Source: Nitrosopumilus sp.
GTDB taxonomy: Archaea > Thermoproteota > Nitrososphaeria > Nitrososphaerales > Nitrosopumilaceae
Assembly (NCBI GenBank): GCA_965238275.1
Contig: OZ250186.1
Location: 96,001-160,000, forward strand
Direction of reading: 5' to 3'
Length of the DNA stretch: 64,000 nt
The position numbers and the translations under genes are program-made. The notes under the pieces are model-generated. The model ran no database searches and was not told the DNA's origin. It saw nothing but the letters and a program-made list of their open reading frames with translations. Below are positions 52,541 through 63,285 of this stretch, one piece after another (within the stretch, counting starts at the first letter, position 1; each line of letters starts with the position of its first letter).

Positions 52541-52542
52541 AA

Positions 52543-52857
52543 TTGGACACCGTGTACGAAGAAAAAACCAGAAGTAATAGGTATTTTTTACTGCCAATAT
52601 TTATCGGAATATTTGGAGGGATTGTTGCATATTTTGTACTGAGGCATGATGATCCAGAAAAGGCAAGGAACTGCCTGTATCTGGGTGCCATCCTTACCGG
52701 AACGAATCTGGCATTCAGCACGGTGTTTGGGATGGGCGTGATTGACATTTCAGGGTCCTTTCCTGACTTGGCTTCTTTGTCCAGACTCAACATACTACTC
52801 TGGCTGGCCGTGATTGACACCATCGTTGACGGATTTCGTGCCATGCTTGGCCTTTAG
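52543..52857 (+). CDS. small membrane protein
   Basis: RS..YFLLPIFIGIFGGIVAYFVLRHDDPEKARNCLYLG, a motif recalled from thaumarchaeal membrane proteins. Confidence 0.75.
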   Translation: MDTVYEEKTRSNRYFLLPIFIGIFGGIVAYFVLRHDDPEKARNCLYLGAILTGTNLAFSTVFGMGVIDISGSFPDLASLSRLNILLWLAVIDTIVDGFRAMLGL

Positions 52858-53035
52858 GGTCAACATGGTTTGGGCCTGGGCGTGATGGACATGGTGTCAG
52901 CATGCCCCCTGAATTCCGGGCGGGCACACGATGCGAAAATTATGACAGCCAACATCAAGCACGGCGTAAAGGAACGCTTGGGGGCGTTGCCTGTGGCAGG
53001 CAGCAGCAGCATCAGGCGCACCGCTCCCCGACAGG

Positions 53036-54481
53036 CTAGGAGTATCCTTCAGGTACCGGAATTTCATGGAAGACAGAGTGCGATGCGATCTCTATGGATT
53101 TTCCCTCGACCACACCATACACGGCTACAGTATACACTCCCGAACCGTGCTGCTTCAGCTGGTTAATGATGTTGGCCTTGATCTCAAAGTGATCCCCTAG
53201 GACGGTCCAGTGGTTTGTGGTGGTTGCTGGCACGCTGAATGTGACTGGGATCTTGGTTTTTTTCGCCTCCTCCCAATTCCTGGTGGCTTCTTCAGGTGAG
53301 GACGGCGCTGGCAGCGACTCGGAGAGATCGTAAGGGTCGGGACATTTTTGGGTGTTCCAAGTCCAGACATTATCTGCATACTTCCACCCACTTTGCAGTA
53401 TGGGCCGGACATAGACGACAGGTTCGCCGTAGTTGTAGCAGTACGTGCGAGATGTCTGACCCGCCGTGAGGCTGTGCGGTGGCGGATCGTAATAAAGAAT
53501 GACTGAATATTCGTCAAATTCCCAAGGATGTTTTATCGTGGCAGAAAAAGAGGCTATCCCTTTGCTTATCTCCGGAAGGGTTTCAAACTGCACAATGTCA
53601 TACTCGAAATGCTGGACGACCATCGTGTTGTACCCGTCATTGGCTATGCCGATGTTTATCAGGGCGTGGTTGGGATCGAGTACGTTGTCCCTGTGACCCG
53701 GGCTTGCCATAAACCCCCACATTGCTTGTCGGACGCCCTCGTTGGGAGTTTCGGGAGAGAGACCGGTGCCTGCGCAGTATCTCGCCCCATGGACATTCTC
53801 AGCGTTGGATTGGTATCCGCCATCCAGCGTGTACCGCATGTACGGCTTTAGGCCGTCCGGTCCCCAGTGGCCGGCAGAGCACTCTTCCAGTATGTTGTCT
53901 GCATGGATTTGGGCGGCGCTGTTATTGCCCATGGCCACCAGGCCCAATCCGGCCCGGGCACGCTCCCCGTTTATCAGTTCCAGCATGAGCAACCTGCTCT
54001 CTTCCATGGCAGACTGCGGCTCGTCTCCGGCAGAGACATCATCCGAGTCAGGCGATGCATCTAGATCTGCATCAGGCAGAATCAATTCTTCATCATCGGC
54101 CGGATCTGGATTGTCCGCCAGTAGTTCGTTGTATAACTCTACCAGCATGTCGTATTCTTGGTGTAACTGCTCGTAGTTCTTGTTCGTCTCAATGGAATGA
54201 TTCCGCAGATCCACGCTTAACTGATGTAGTCTTGCGATCTCCTCCAGGTCGGCAGCAGAGTGGACAGATATCACGCCCGCGTTTGCAAGGTACGCGACGG
54301 CCTCGATCAGTTCGTCGTCTGTTATACTGCCTTCTGCCCAATACCCAAACACGGTCCTTACCCATGGGGGTATCGATTCGCTCTGCGAATACGCATAATC
54401 TATACCGGAGAACGCTATGATCAATCCGAGTGCCATACAGCAAAGTCCTCTACAATTCACACGTATGGAGAACCACGCCAT
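53036..54481 (-). CDS. secreted CAP/SCP-domain protein
   Basis: Signal peptide, IPPWVRTVFGYWAEG surface motif, LINGERARAGL, AAQIHA, AENV, MASPGHRDNVL. Confidence 0.88.
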   Translation of the reverse strand: MAWFSIRVNCRGLCCMALGLIIAFSGIDYAYSQSESIPPWVRTVFGYWAEGSITDDELIEAVAYLANAGVISVHSAADLEEIARLHQLSVDLRNHSIETNKNYEQLHQEYDMLVELYNELLADNPDPADDEELILPDADLDASPDSDDVSAGDEPQSAMEESRLLMLELINGERARAGLGLVAMGNNSAAQIHADNILEECSAGHWGPDGLKPYMRYTLDGGYQSNAENVHGARYCAGTGLSPETPNEGVRQAMWGFMASPGHRDNVLDPNHALINIGIANDGYNTMVVQHFEYDIVQFETLPEISKGIASFSATIKHPWEFDEYSVILYYDPPPHSLTAGQTSRTYCYNYGEPVVYVRPILQSGWKYADNVWTWNTQKCPDPYDLSESLPAPSSPEEATRNWEEAKKTKIPVTFSVPATTTNHWTVLGDHFEIKANIINQLKQHGSGVYTVAVYGVVEGKSIEIASHSVFHEIPVPEGYS

Positions 54482-54708
54482 CTTTATCAATATTCATGCC
54501 AAACATATTCCAATATCCTAGGATCGGGCGTCGGTAAGGCTGCCGGAATCGAATCGCCTGCATGCATCACCAGTACATGTCACCGACACACGCAGTACAT
54601 TACACGTGAGATTGTGACACATTGGCAAGACCAGACATGTCTGTTCTGCCAGACGGCATTCCGGTATACGCCCAACAAGCTAATTAGGATACGGGCGCAC
54701 ATGATACC

Positions 54709-54861
54709 ATGCAGGGACTGTGCATGAAGGATCCGTCAGGCAAGGGCGAGCACTGCTTCTGCACAGGGATAGATCCACAGCGGGGAATCAAAAGGTGCTG
54801 CAGATGCGGCCAGTGGAATGTGCAGGGGAAGAACTGGACAAGCAACGAGGACTTTAGGTAA
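54709..54861 (+). CDS. 50-aa Cys-rich protein (below the ORF-track cutoff)
   Basis: [50 protein letters not shown]; codon style matches the neighbouring core genes. Confidence 0.6.
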   Translation: MQGLCMKDPSGKGEHCFCTGIDPQRGIKRCCRCGQWNVQGKNWTSNEDFR

Positions 54862-54964
54862 GGCTGTCCATGGAGACAGGCAGCATCTGCCTCACCTGCC
54901 AGGACATTGTTGCACCTGGCACCTAGCATGGTTTTTATCGGGGTTTCTTCGAATCTTGGAGTAC

Positions 54965-55447
54965 TTGAGCAGCCAGGAATACAGACACATCGTAAGGATA
55001 GTCGGCAACGACATTCCCGGAGAGAAGAAGACGCTTGTGGGACTGACCCAGGTAAAGGGAATAGGCCAGAGTTTTGCAACCGCAGTCATCGACACTCTGG
55101 GAATCAACCCGAACTCGAACATCGGGGATCTCACCGACAGCCAAGTGGAGTCGATTGAGAGGGTGATTACGGATCCCATCGCTGCAAACTTTCCAATATG
55201 GTTCTTCAACAGGCGCAAGGACATAGAGACAGGAAAGGACATGCACCTGCTCACATCAGACATTCCGTTTACGCTTAGAAATGACATTGAAAGGGAGCGA
55301 ATCATCGCAAGCTGGAGGGCTTACCGCCATCTCAGCGGCCTGAAGGTAAGGGGACAGAGGACCAGGACCTCAAGCAGAAGGGGCGGCGCAGTCGGCGTTG
55401 CAAAGGGCGGCCTGACATCCACTGCAAAGAAGGGTTCCGGGAGTTAA
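54965..55447 (+). CDS. rps13: 30S ribosomal protein S13 (uS13)
   Basis: [42 protein letters not shown] start. Confidence 0.97.
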   Translation: MSSQEYRHIVRIVGNDIPGEKKTLVGLTQVKGIGQSFATAVIDTLGINPNSNIGDLTDSQVESIERVITDPIAANFPIWFFNRRKDIETGKDMHLLTSDIPFTLRNDIERERIIASWRAYRHLSGLKVRGQRTRTSSRRGGAVGVAKGGLTSTAKKGSGS

Positions 55448-55460
55448 CAGGTGAGGCACG

Positions 55461-56021
55461 ATGGGAGATCCAAAATATCCACGAAGGGCATGGAGGAAGC
55501 CAAAGAGGCCCCTCAACTACGACCTGAAGATGAGCGAACTTGAGACGCTGGGCACGTTTGGGCTCAGGACCAAGAGGGAGCTGTGGAAGGCCCATACCGA
55601 GCTGTCCCGGGTAAGGCACCAGGCAAGGTCGCTGCTTGCACTCAGGCAGGAGGTCAGGATTGAAAAGGAACCAATCCTGATGAGATCGCTTGCAAAGATA
55701 GGGCTGGTCAGCCAGGATGCGACGCTTGATGACGTCCTTAACCTAAATGTCAAGGATCTGCTTGCGCGAAGACTGCAGACGATCGTCACAAAGAAGCTCG
55801 GGTTCAAGACCCCGTACCAGGCAAGGCAGGCAGTGGTGCACGGCCACATCATGGTAGGGGAGAGAAGGGTCGACATTCCATCATATACAGTCACCATATC
55901 AGAGGAGGACAGCGTAAGGTTTGCACCAGAGTCAAAGATCTCAGAGATGTTCAAAAAGGTAGAACCTGATGGTGATGGTGATGCCCCGGCGACCGTACCA
56001 GATGAATCCAAAGAGTCATAG
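55461..56021 (+). CDS. rps4: 30S ribosomal protein S4 (uS4)
   Basis: MGDPK, GLRTKRELW, RRLQTIV, QARQAVVHGHI. Confidence 0.97.
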   Translation: MGDPKYPRRAWRKPKRPLNYDLKMSELETLGTFGLRTKRELWKAHTELSRVRHQARSLLALRQEVRIEKEPILMRSLAKIGLVSQDATLDDVLNLNVKDLLARRLQTIVTKKLGFKTPYQARQAVVHGHIMVGERRVDIPSYTVTISEEDSVRFAPESKISEMFKKVEPDGDGDAPATVPDESKES

Positions 56022-56060
56022 GCACAAGCCGGCCAAGGGACTGTCCGCGGGAGAATTTTC

Positions 56061-57815
56061 ATGTGTTCCATCATAGGGTACAGCGGGGACGGTGCGGCCG
56101 CGCCAATCATGGTAAAGGGATTGGAGAGGATGGAGTACCGCGGGTATGACAGCGTCGGACTGGCAACCGGGTTCGGGGGAAAGATCGAGACAAGAAAGGG
56201 CGTCGGAAGGGTCGGCCAGGTCAACGCAAAGGTCAGGCTGGATGTCATGCCCGGAAGGACAGGCATAGGCCACACCAGGTGGGCCACCCACGGCATGGTT
56301 ACAGACATCAACGCCCATCCGCACCCGAGCAACTCCGGAGAGATCGCCATAGTCCACAACGGGGTGGTGGAGAATTTTGAGGACCTCAAGGAGATGCTCA
56401 AGGGCGAGGGATACGTCTTCAAAAGCGAGACTGACAGCGAGGTGATTGCAAACCTGCTCCAGAGGAGCTACGAGTCGACAAGAGACATCGTAAAGGCAGT
56501 CGCAATGACTGTCCGGGAGCTCAAAGGGCATTACGCGTTTGTGGCCATGTTTGCCGACGGCACCCTGGCGGCTGCAAAGTTTCACGAGCCCCTGATAATA
56601 GGGATCGGCTCAGGCGGGCTGTTCCTCTCAAGCGACGTCCTTGGATTCATAGAGTACGCAGACGATGCCATATACATGGAAAACGGCAGTTTCGCAATAG
56701 TCAGCGACGGGGTGCCTGCAATCTTTGGGTTTGACCAGAGCCCCATAAAACATGCCATCACCAAGGTCTCAAGGGAGTTCGGGGATGTCTACAAGGGGGA
56801 CTATGCGCACTTTACCCTCAAGGAGATATGCGAGCAGGACAGGACCATACCAGAATCCGGCATGACTGCCCCAGAAGAGATTGCAGAGGCAGCAAAATGC
56901 ATCAGGGATGCCAAAGAGGTCTACATTACCGGAAGCGGCACCAGCTATAATGCGGCGCTGGTTGCAAGGCAGATCCTCTCAAGGCACGCCAAAATCAAGA
57001 CAGAGCCCATAGTGTCAAGCGAGTTTGGGTTTGTGGCAGACGGCATCGGGAAGGATCCGGTCCTGATCGCCATATCGCAAAGCGGCGAGAGCGCAGACGT
57101 GCTTGAGGCAGTGGGCATCGCAAAAAGGGCAGGCTGCCGCATAGTATCCATCGTCAACCTGCCAATGTCATCCCTGGCGCGCGAGTCTGACGTGGTAATC
57201 GGGATGAACTGCGGGCCGGAGATAGGGGTGGCTGCGACAAAGAGCTTTACATCGCAGCTTGCCATACTGTACAGGATAGTCCAGGAGATAACGGGCACGG
57301 GGATCGACTTTGCAGAGATCTCCCGGGCGGCAGCAGAGGTGCTCAGGGATCATGCAGGGATCCAAAGGATTGCAGAGGAGATGAGGGATGTCGCAGACAT
57401 CTACATACTTGGAAGGGGGATTCATTATCCGATTGCCAAGGAGGCGGCACTGAAGCTAAAGGAGCTGACGTACATTCACGCAGAGGGGGTCCCGGGAGGC
57501 GAGATGAAGCACGGGACGCTGGCCATGATGGATTCGGACATACTGGTTATAGTGATCAATCCGGACGACTCGACGCATGCAGACACCCTGATCGGGGCAA
57601 GGGAGATCAAGGCCAGGGGCGCAAGGATAATCGGGATATCCGATCTCAAAAGCGACGTGTACGACTACTGGATTGAGGTTCCCAGGGCAGGCAGGGCCGC
57701 ATACCCCATGGCAGAGATAATTCCAATCCAGCTGCTGGCATACTATGCTGCGCTTGGGAGGAACGCAGACCCCGACCACCCCAGGAACCTTGCAAAGTCA
57801 GTCACAGTCAAGTAG
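56061..57815 (+). CDS. glmS: glutamine--fructose-6-phosphate aminotransferase
   Basis: MCSI, EYRGYDS, GHTRWATHG, SQSGES, PRNLAKSVTVK. Confidence 0.97.
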   Translation: MCSIIGYSGDGAAAPIMVKGLERMEYRGYDSVGLATGFGGKIETRKGVGRVGQVNAKVRLDVMPGRTGIGHTRWATHGMVTDINAHPHPSNSGEIAIVHNGVVENFEDLKEMLKGEGYVFKSETDSEVIANLLQRSYESTRDIVKAVAMTVRELKGHYAFVAMFADGTLAAAKFHEPLIIGIGSGGLFLSSDVLGFIEYADDAIYMENGSFAIVSDGVPAIFGFDQSPIKHAITKVSREFGDVYKGDYAHFTLKEICEQDRTIPESGMTAPEEIAEAAKCIRDAKEVYITGSGTSYNAALVARQILSRHAKIKTEPIVSSEFGFVADGIGKDPVLIAISQSGESADVLEAVGIAKRAGCRIVSIVNLPMSSLARESDVVIGMNCGPEIGVAATKSFTSQLAILYRIVQEITGTGIDFAEISRAAAEVLRDHAGIQRIAEEMRDVADIYILGRGIHYPIAKEAALKLKELTYIHAEGVPGGEMKHGTLAMMDSDILVIVINPDDSTHADTLIGAREIKARGARIIGISDLKSDVYDYWIEVPRAGRAAYPMAEIIPIQLLAYYAALGRNADPDHPRNLAKSVTVK

Positions 57816-58875
57816 AGAGCCGCTCGTACTCGGATTCTGCCAGTGCCAGAAACCTTGACGAATCGATGCCGGACTTTATCATCGAGGATATGACAGCGCC
57901 GCCTGCGCCTGCCCCCTCCTTTGCAAATCCCTGCGAGAATGCCTTCAGGCCCGGATACGCGGATCTCTCCAGGTGCATGTCGACTGAGATGGCAGGAACG
58001 TCCCCCACCGACTTTACCAGGCCTGCAAAGTTGGCGCTTGGATCGTCTGCCACATACGACGTGGTTCCGATGACGGTGTTTTCCACGTTAAAGCCGACTT
58101 CGGATGCAAATGCAAGCACGGCAGCCATCTGGGTTCCGCCTGCCAGCATGACCCGGGATACCTCGGAGGCGGAGCTGAGCATTCCGGCCACAAACGGAAT
58201 CATCGGATCCCCGGCCTGGGCCACTATCCGGTAGGGAAGATCCGAGTCTATTCGTGCAATCGCGGCTGCCACTACCTGGTCCTTGAGCTGGACGGGATTT
58301 GTGGGGATGCTGGAGCTGGTCTGGGCATCAAACCCCATGGCGCGCAGTACGGCAAGCGCAGTGGTGGTTCCGCCCGGAATGCTCTCGCCCACGACCAGGC
58401 AGTCAGTCAGGGATGCCAGGCTTCTGCCTACAATCCGGCCATAGTCCACGGCACTGGATACTGTCGCGTCAGTCATTGCGTTTTGGACTGATATGTCCAT
58501 TCCAAACGGAAGGCCCGTATTGATGAATGGCAGCATCGGGGGGATCTTGGAGCCGGCATTGATGGTAAGGTGCGGGATGCTTGAGGACTCCAGCGCAGTC
58601 TTGGTCAGCAGCGCCGGCGTCGGCATGCCGTCAGGGGTCATTGGAATCGCATCCATGCTTTTGCAGTAGCCGTAGTGGAGGTATTCGGCATCTGCAGGCG
58701 GGGTAAACTGCATCAGATCCCTGTTGGCGCCGGCAATGGTAATTCCGGGAATCCTGCATGTCTCAGTGTAGGAGAGGGCAAGGGAGAAGAGGAACCTGCC
58801 GGACTTTAGGGAGTCCATGAATTCCCGGGCCCTGCCGGCGTTTCCAATAATGGTAAGATCATCCAAGGGTGTCAC
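57808..58875 (-). CDS. cobT: archaeal nicotinate-nucleotide--dimethylbenzimidazole phosphoribosyltransferase
   Basis: IPGITIAG, TPPADAE, PTPALLT, GESIPGGTTTA, LAGGTQM, KEGAGAGG. Confidence 0.9.
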   Translation of the reverse strand: MTPLDDLTIIGNAGRAREFMDSLKSGRFLFSLALSYTETCRIPGITIAGANRDLMQFTPPADAEYLHYGYCKSMDAIPMTPDGMPTPALLTKTALESSSIPHLTINAGSKIPPMLPFINTGLPFGMDISVQNAMTDATVSSAVDYGRIVGRSLASLTDCLVVGESIPGGTTTALAVLRAMGFDAQTSSSIPTNPVQLKDQVVAAAIARIDSDLPYRIVAQAGDPMIPFVAGMLSSASEVSRVMLAGGTQMAAVLAFASEVGFNVENTVIGTTSYVADDPSANFAGLVKSVGDVPAISVDMHLERSAYPGLKAFSQGFAKEGAGAGGAVISSMIKSGIDSSRFLALAESEYERLST

Positions 58876-59486
58876 TGGCCGCCCATCATCCTGACAAACT
58901 GAAGCTCGGTCCGCATCTGCATTACCGGATTGGTTGCCTTCTCGTGTCCGATGGTGGATGTCTTTGAGGAGCCGTAGTTGTGCCCGGGGTAGACAACCAG
59001 GCTGTCATCCATGACGTACAGGGTCTCAAAGAGCGCATGGTACAGATCCCGGGCACTGCCTCCGGGAAGATCCACGCGGCCGCAATTGCCTACAAACAGG
59101 GTATCGCCTGAGAAGATCTTACCGTCCCCGACCAGGCATATGCTGTCCTTGGAGTGGCCCGGGGTGTGTACCACCCTGAGCCGGGAGTTGCCAAACTCGA
59201 TATGATCACCGTCATTCACGGAGATGTCGTGGTCCAGCCCGGAGGCCTCGTGCTGTACAATCCTGGCCAGAGTTGACTCTGCCATTGCCCTGTTTCCCAG
59301 GGTATGATCAAAATGGTGGTGCGTATTTACAATGTACTGCACGGCAAGATCGTTGCGCTTTATGATGAGATCCAGCTCTGCCAGATCCCATGACGGATCA
59401 ATGACTACTGCCTTGCCGGTCTCCTCGTCCTCGACGACATAGGTAAAGTTCTGCATGCTGCCGACCGGAACCTGATGGACCTTCAC
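58872..59486 (-). CDS. MBL-fold metallo-hydrolase (glyoxalase II-like)
   Basis: THHHFDH, TPGHS, SGDTLF, YPGH. GTG start overlaps the nnrE stop. Confidence 0.92.
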   Translation of the reverse strand: MKVHQVPVGSMQNFTYVVEDEETGKAVVIDPSWDLAELDLIIKRNDLAVQYIVNTHHHFDHTLGNRAMAESTLARIVQHEASGLDHDISVNDGDHIEFGNSRLRVVHTPGHSKDSICLVGDGKIFSGDTLFVGNCGRVDLPGGSARDLYHALFETLYVMDDSLVVYPGHNYGSSKTSTIGHEKATNPVMQMRTELQFVRMMGGQ

Positions 59487-60127
59487 AGGATGTCCTCCTC
59501 GGCCTCGGGCGGAATTCCAATCTTCTCGACGTGTACGGGGCCGGTCAGATCCCTCCTTTTTGGAATTCCCTGCTTCATCTTGTGAAAGGTCACTGTCATG
59601 TCGCATTTGACAGAGATGTTTGCGGTGCTGCCCGTCTGAGGATCCAATCCCGAGGGCACATCCACTGCAACCTTGTAGCATGTGGTCTGGTTGATGTGGT
59701 TTATTGCAGAGGAGTATGGTTCGCGAATCTCCCCGGATATTCCGGTGCCAAGAATTCCGTCAATCATGATATCCGGGGAGCGGGCGTAATCAGCCAGGTC
59801 TTGGAGCAGTTCCACAGACGGCATCTTTTCCAGGATGGACCAGTTCCACCGGCTCTCATCAGTCTTGATATCCTGCGGATCCCCCAAAAGCACCACGGAT
59901 ACCTTGGCCCCGCGGCCTGCAAGGTGCCTTGCCATGACCATGCCGTCTCCGCCGTTGTTTCCCAGTCCGGCAAGAACCAGCACGTTCTTGGACTCTACCG
60001 TACCAAACTGTTCCACCAGCCTTCGGACGGCAGCCGCGCCGGCGTTTTCCATCATGAATTTTTTCAGGAATCCCATGGCATGGCCCTTGTTTTCAATGGC
60101 ATACATCTGGCTTACGGTAATCTCCAT
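59483..60127 (-). CDS. nnrE: NAD(P)H-hydrate epimerase
   Basis: MMENAG, GLGNNGGDG, IDGILGTG, AVDVPSG, TVTF, IGIP. Confidence 0.95.
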   Translation of the reverse strand: MEITVSQMYAIENKGHAMGFLKKFMMENAGAAAVRRLVEQFGTVESKNVLVLAGLGNNGGDGMVMARHLAGRGAKVSVVLLGDPQDIKTDESRWNWSILEKMPSVELLQDLADYARSPDIMIDGILGTGISGEIREPYSSAINHINQTTCYKVAVDVPSGLDPQTGSTANISVKCDMTVTFHKMKQGIPKRRDLTGPVHVEKIGIPPEAEEDIL

Positions 60128-60178
60128 GATCTACTGGAACATTGGAACCAAAATAAGAGTTATGTGCATGAAATCCGG

Positions 60179-61828
60179 GTATGGACTCAGGTCGCCAAAC
60201 TGCGCTACGCTGCCACTGCGGGTACAGAAACCTTCTGATATTGTTCGGGTGGCTTGAATATGCTCCAGCCAGGATCCATGATGATGTTCTCGACTGCTTG
60301 GCGCGGGAAGATGCCCTGCTTGTGGCAGGTGCGCGCCACTGATATCAGCACCGAGAAGACCTCCCGCCCCTCGGGTTCGGACAGCTGGTGCCGCACGTTC
60401 CTGTGCAGCACCGCAGTGTCGCGTATCTCCAACTCTGCTGCGTTGTTATGCGGCGGCATGCCCGGATGCCTGAGGAACGTGAACATGCACGGGGCCGCGT
60501 TCTCAAGCGTCGTGCGGAAGTCGTGGGACTCCCCGTAGTCCGAGGCGATTTGGAGCACCGTCCTTTCCAGGTCCAGGCACTCGCCGGATCCGGCAGATTC
60601 TTTGTCCTTGACTGACCGGTACAGGGCAAGCAGCCTGCGGTAGCAGGCAAGATCGTTGCCGCCGTTCCTGATGGCGTACTCTTCTGCGGCGCGCAGCAGG
60701 TGCACCCAGCACCTCTGCTTGACTGGGAACATGTTGTAGACGGTGTACCCATCCACCACCACCGGCTTGCCAAGCAGCCGGGCAAAATGCGCGTTTATCA
60801 CGAGGGCCGCCCTGCTCGGGGCGGCCACCAGGTACGTGGCGTCCCCGGTGGTGACCAGCCACACGTACCCCTTCTTCCCGTTCCATCTTCATGTGGGACT
60901 CGTCAAACTGCACGAACGCGGCCTCGGCGATGTGGGCCAGTATGCCCTCGTACGCGCCCTTGAGGATCTTTTTGAGGGCCTTGCGTGCGTTCCATATGGC
61001 GTTTGGCGATATGCCAAACCCGTACAGCGCCTTGAAATAGTATGATACGGTGTAGTCCGTGCTCCTCTTGTCGTAGTACTCCTCCACAAACCCCAGGGCC
61101 TTGGGGCCAAGCGACATGCCGGGGATCGTGGGAGGCACGGCAGAGCTGACGTGATTGCACCTCTTGCACAACCCCTGTCCCACCAGGTACGCGACGCGCT
61201 CGATCCTCATGGCGCCGTCGTCGGGAAAATCATACACCATCTTGACAATGGACGGCATCCGGACCAGGTGTCCGCGTCCGCACTTTTCGCACCTGCACAC
61301 TGGCAGACTCTCGGTCCTCTCGGCCTTGTTCTTGTGCGAGGCGCCGGCGTGTCCTGCCGGCGGTCCCTTGCGGGTCTTGTCTCCGGCGCCTTCGCCTTCT
61401 GATTCAGGTCCGCCTTCCGATTCGGACTTTTCTCCTTCCTTGGGCCCGCTGCCATCGGACTCCATCTTGGCCTCCATGTCCATCCGCTTCCTGAATGCCG
61501 TGCGGTCCGAGTTGTACAACGAATATGTGGACGAGGACATGTTGGGGTTTTCGTACTTGCGGAGCCTCCTGCGGTATCCTGCATTCTCCAGGGTCAGGCG
61601 GTCGTTTTCAATCTCGAACAGCGTCACCTTCTTGGTGAGTTCGGCATTTGTCTTGTACATCGTTTTCTTAAACTTCTCGAACTCCGTCACTACCCTTGCC
61701 AGCTCCCTGCGTAGGAGCGATATCTCTGATTTGCTCACGTGGGTTCGCGGATTCCGAGATCAATAAATCGGCATGGTCTAATTTGATGCACAAGCGATTA
61801 AAATCTAGGCACGGACCTGAGTCCATAC
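60179..61828 (-). mobile_element. IS66-family element type A, copy 2; transposase frameshifted near 60884
   Basis: TIR GTATGGACTCAGGTC and TSD AAATCCGG. 1650 bp versus 1649 bp for copy 1 (ATGGAACGG versus ATGAACGG). Confidence 0.95.
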
Positions 61829-61879
61829 AAATCCGGCATATGGCGACTGCAGATCAATTAATTATGATAGTTATTTTAT

Positions 61880-62380
61880 GCAATACCCATTCAAGATGAT
61901 GCCCGCTGGGAGGGCCGCTTTACCTCAACTGTTCCTTGTGGGGGGTGCCGTCGCGATTCATGAAGATGATGTGCACGGCCAGATCAGGCATCAGCCTGCA
62001 TCATCACCACCAGCAGCAGCGCCGGCTTCAAGATAGTTTATGCCGTCATTGCTCAAGTCGTCGATGTTTGCAACAGAGAAGCCGAACCGGCCTTCGCCGG
62101 CCAGATCAGACAAGCCGGTGGCGGTGGTGGGAGGAGAACCATCCATTGCGGTGACGGGTGTAAAATATTGATCATGGCCTGCCGCCTGAACAGTCACCCC
62201 ATAGGCGTTATTGTCATGCCCACTTATGATCTGGGATGCCAATGGTTCGTAGACGCCGGGTTCAGCATCATGCCCAACGGAGTCAATGTAGATGCCGACA
62301 GAACAGATTGCAAGTAGGGATAGGTGGACTGCAGATATGCGCATATAGGTAACAGTGGACGGTTTGCAATTATCGATCAT
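61880..62380 (-). pseudogene. FG-GAP / integrin-alpha repeat protein remnant
   Basis: RFGFSVANIDDLSNDGI...GA, a stop, then AVHIIFMNRDG in another frame. Confidence 0.7.
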
Positions 62381-62775
62381 GTTATTGGGTGCTACATATA
62401 ATTATATAGCAATTGATAACGACTTGCGGTATGCCTTTGAATGACACATCTGTGTATTGTAACTTGATGCAGTACAGGTTCTGCGTCAGGCCGGAAGCAC
62501 GCAGGCTGCACGGTAACACCAGATGACGAGGCGCAAAGAATGCAACAGGCGTCATAATTGCAACAAGCCGTCAAAAAATAAACCATAATTTATTGTTGCT
62601 TTTTGCAGATGAATATTATTTTAGCGATAATTTTTTTTTTTTGGACATGTCAGGAATGTAAAAGTCAGGATGACAAAAACATTCCGAAAAAAAGGGGCCG
62701 GCGTAAAAAATACAGCATTTGCCGAGGGCTAAAAGGTAGGCATAAATACGAACAGGAAAAAAACAGGTCTGGCCG

Positions 62776-63285
62776 ATGTTCCTTGACAACGACAGACTCG
62801 TGGAGTTTCTTGAGCACATAGACGGCGAGCTCCGGTGCGGGGTTGTGCTTGCTGCAGTTGACGACACGGCAATGGTCCTTACAGGAATAAGGGCATTCAC
62901 CAAGAGCGTATGGTTTACCCTGCCAAGCAGGCACTATAGTGAATTCGTACGGGCAAAAAAGATCGTCAATCCAAGATTTTCCGTGGACGTTTTTCAGGAC
63001 GGGGCCGTATCCATAAACATCCTGCCTGCAGACTATCTGAGCCGCAGCAAAATTGTCAAGACGGATTTTAAAAATATTGAGCTGAGGGTGCTGCATCCGG
63101 TCGACCTGGTCATTACAAAAATTAGCAGGCGGGACTACGACGGACAGGACATACGGTCATGCATCAGGGCACATTCCATTGCGGCACAGGAGATTGAGGA
63201 TCGCGCAAAAGATGTAAATTATTTTGGCAGCGATGCGGTATTTACAAATAATTTAAGAGTGCTGCTGGCCGAATTTGGCAAATAG
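62776..63285 (+). CDS. nucleotidyltransferase-like protein (DUF6036-like), degenerate active site
   Basis: LHPVDLVITKISR...QDI C-terminal motif. N-terminal VDDTAM...TKSV in place of GG.A...T.D.D. Confidence 0.6.
   Translation: MFLDNDRLVEFLEHIDGELRCGVVLAAVDDTAMVLTGIRAFTKSVWFTLPSRHYSEFVRAKKIVNPRFSVDVFQDGAVSINILPADYLSRSKIVKTDFKNIELRVLHPVDLVITKISRRDYDGQDIRSCIRAHSIAAQEIEDRAKDVNYFGSDAVFTNNLRVLLAEFGK

Noticed and set aside
54818-54964. N-terminal extensions in the ORF track (rps13, MBL hydrolase, IS481 and IS66 transposases, serpin)
   Set aside because: Artefacts of longest-ORF calling; homology, overlaps or IS boundaries indicate later starts.
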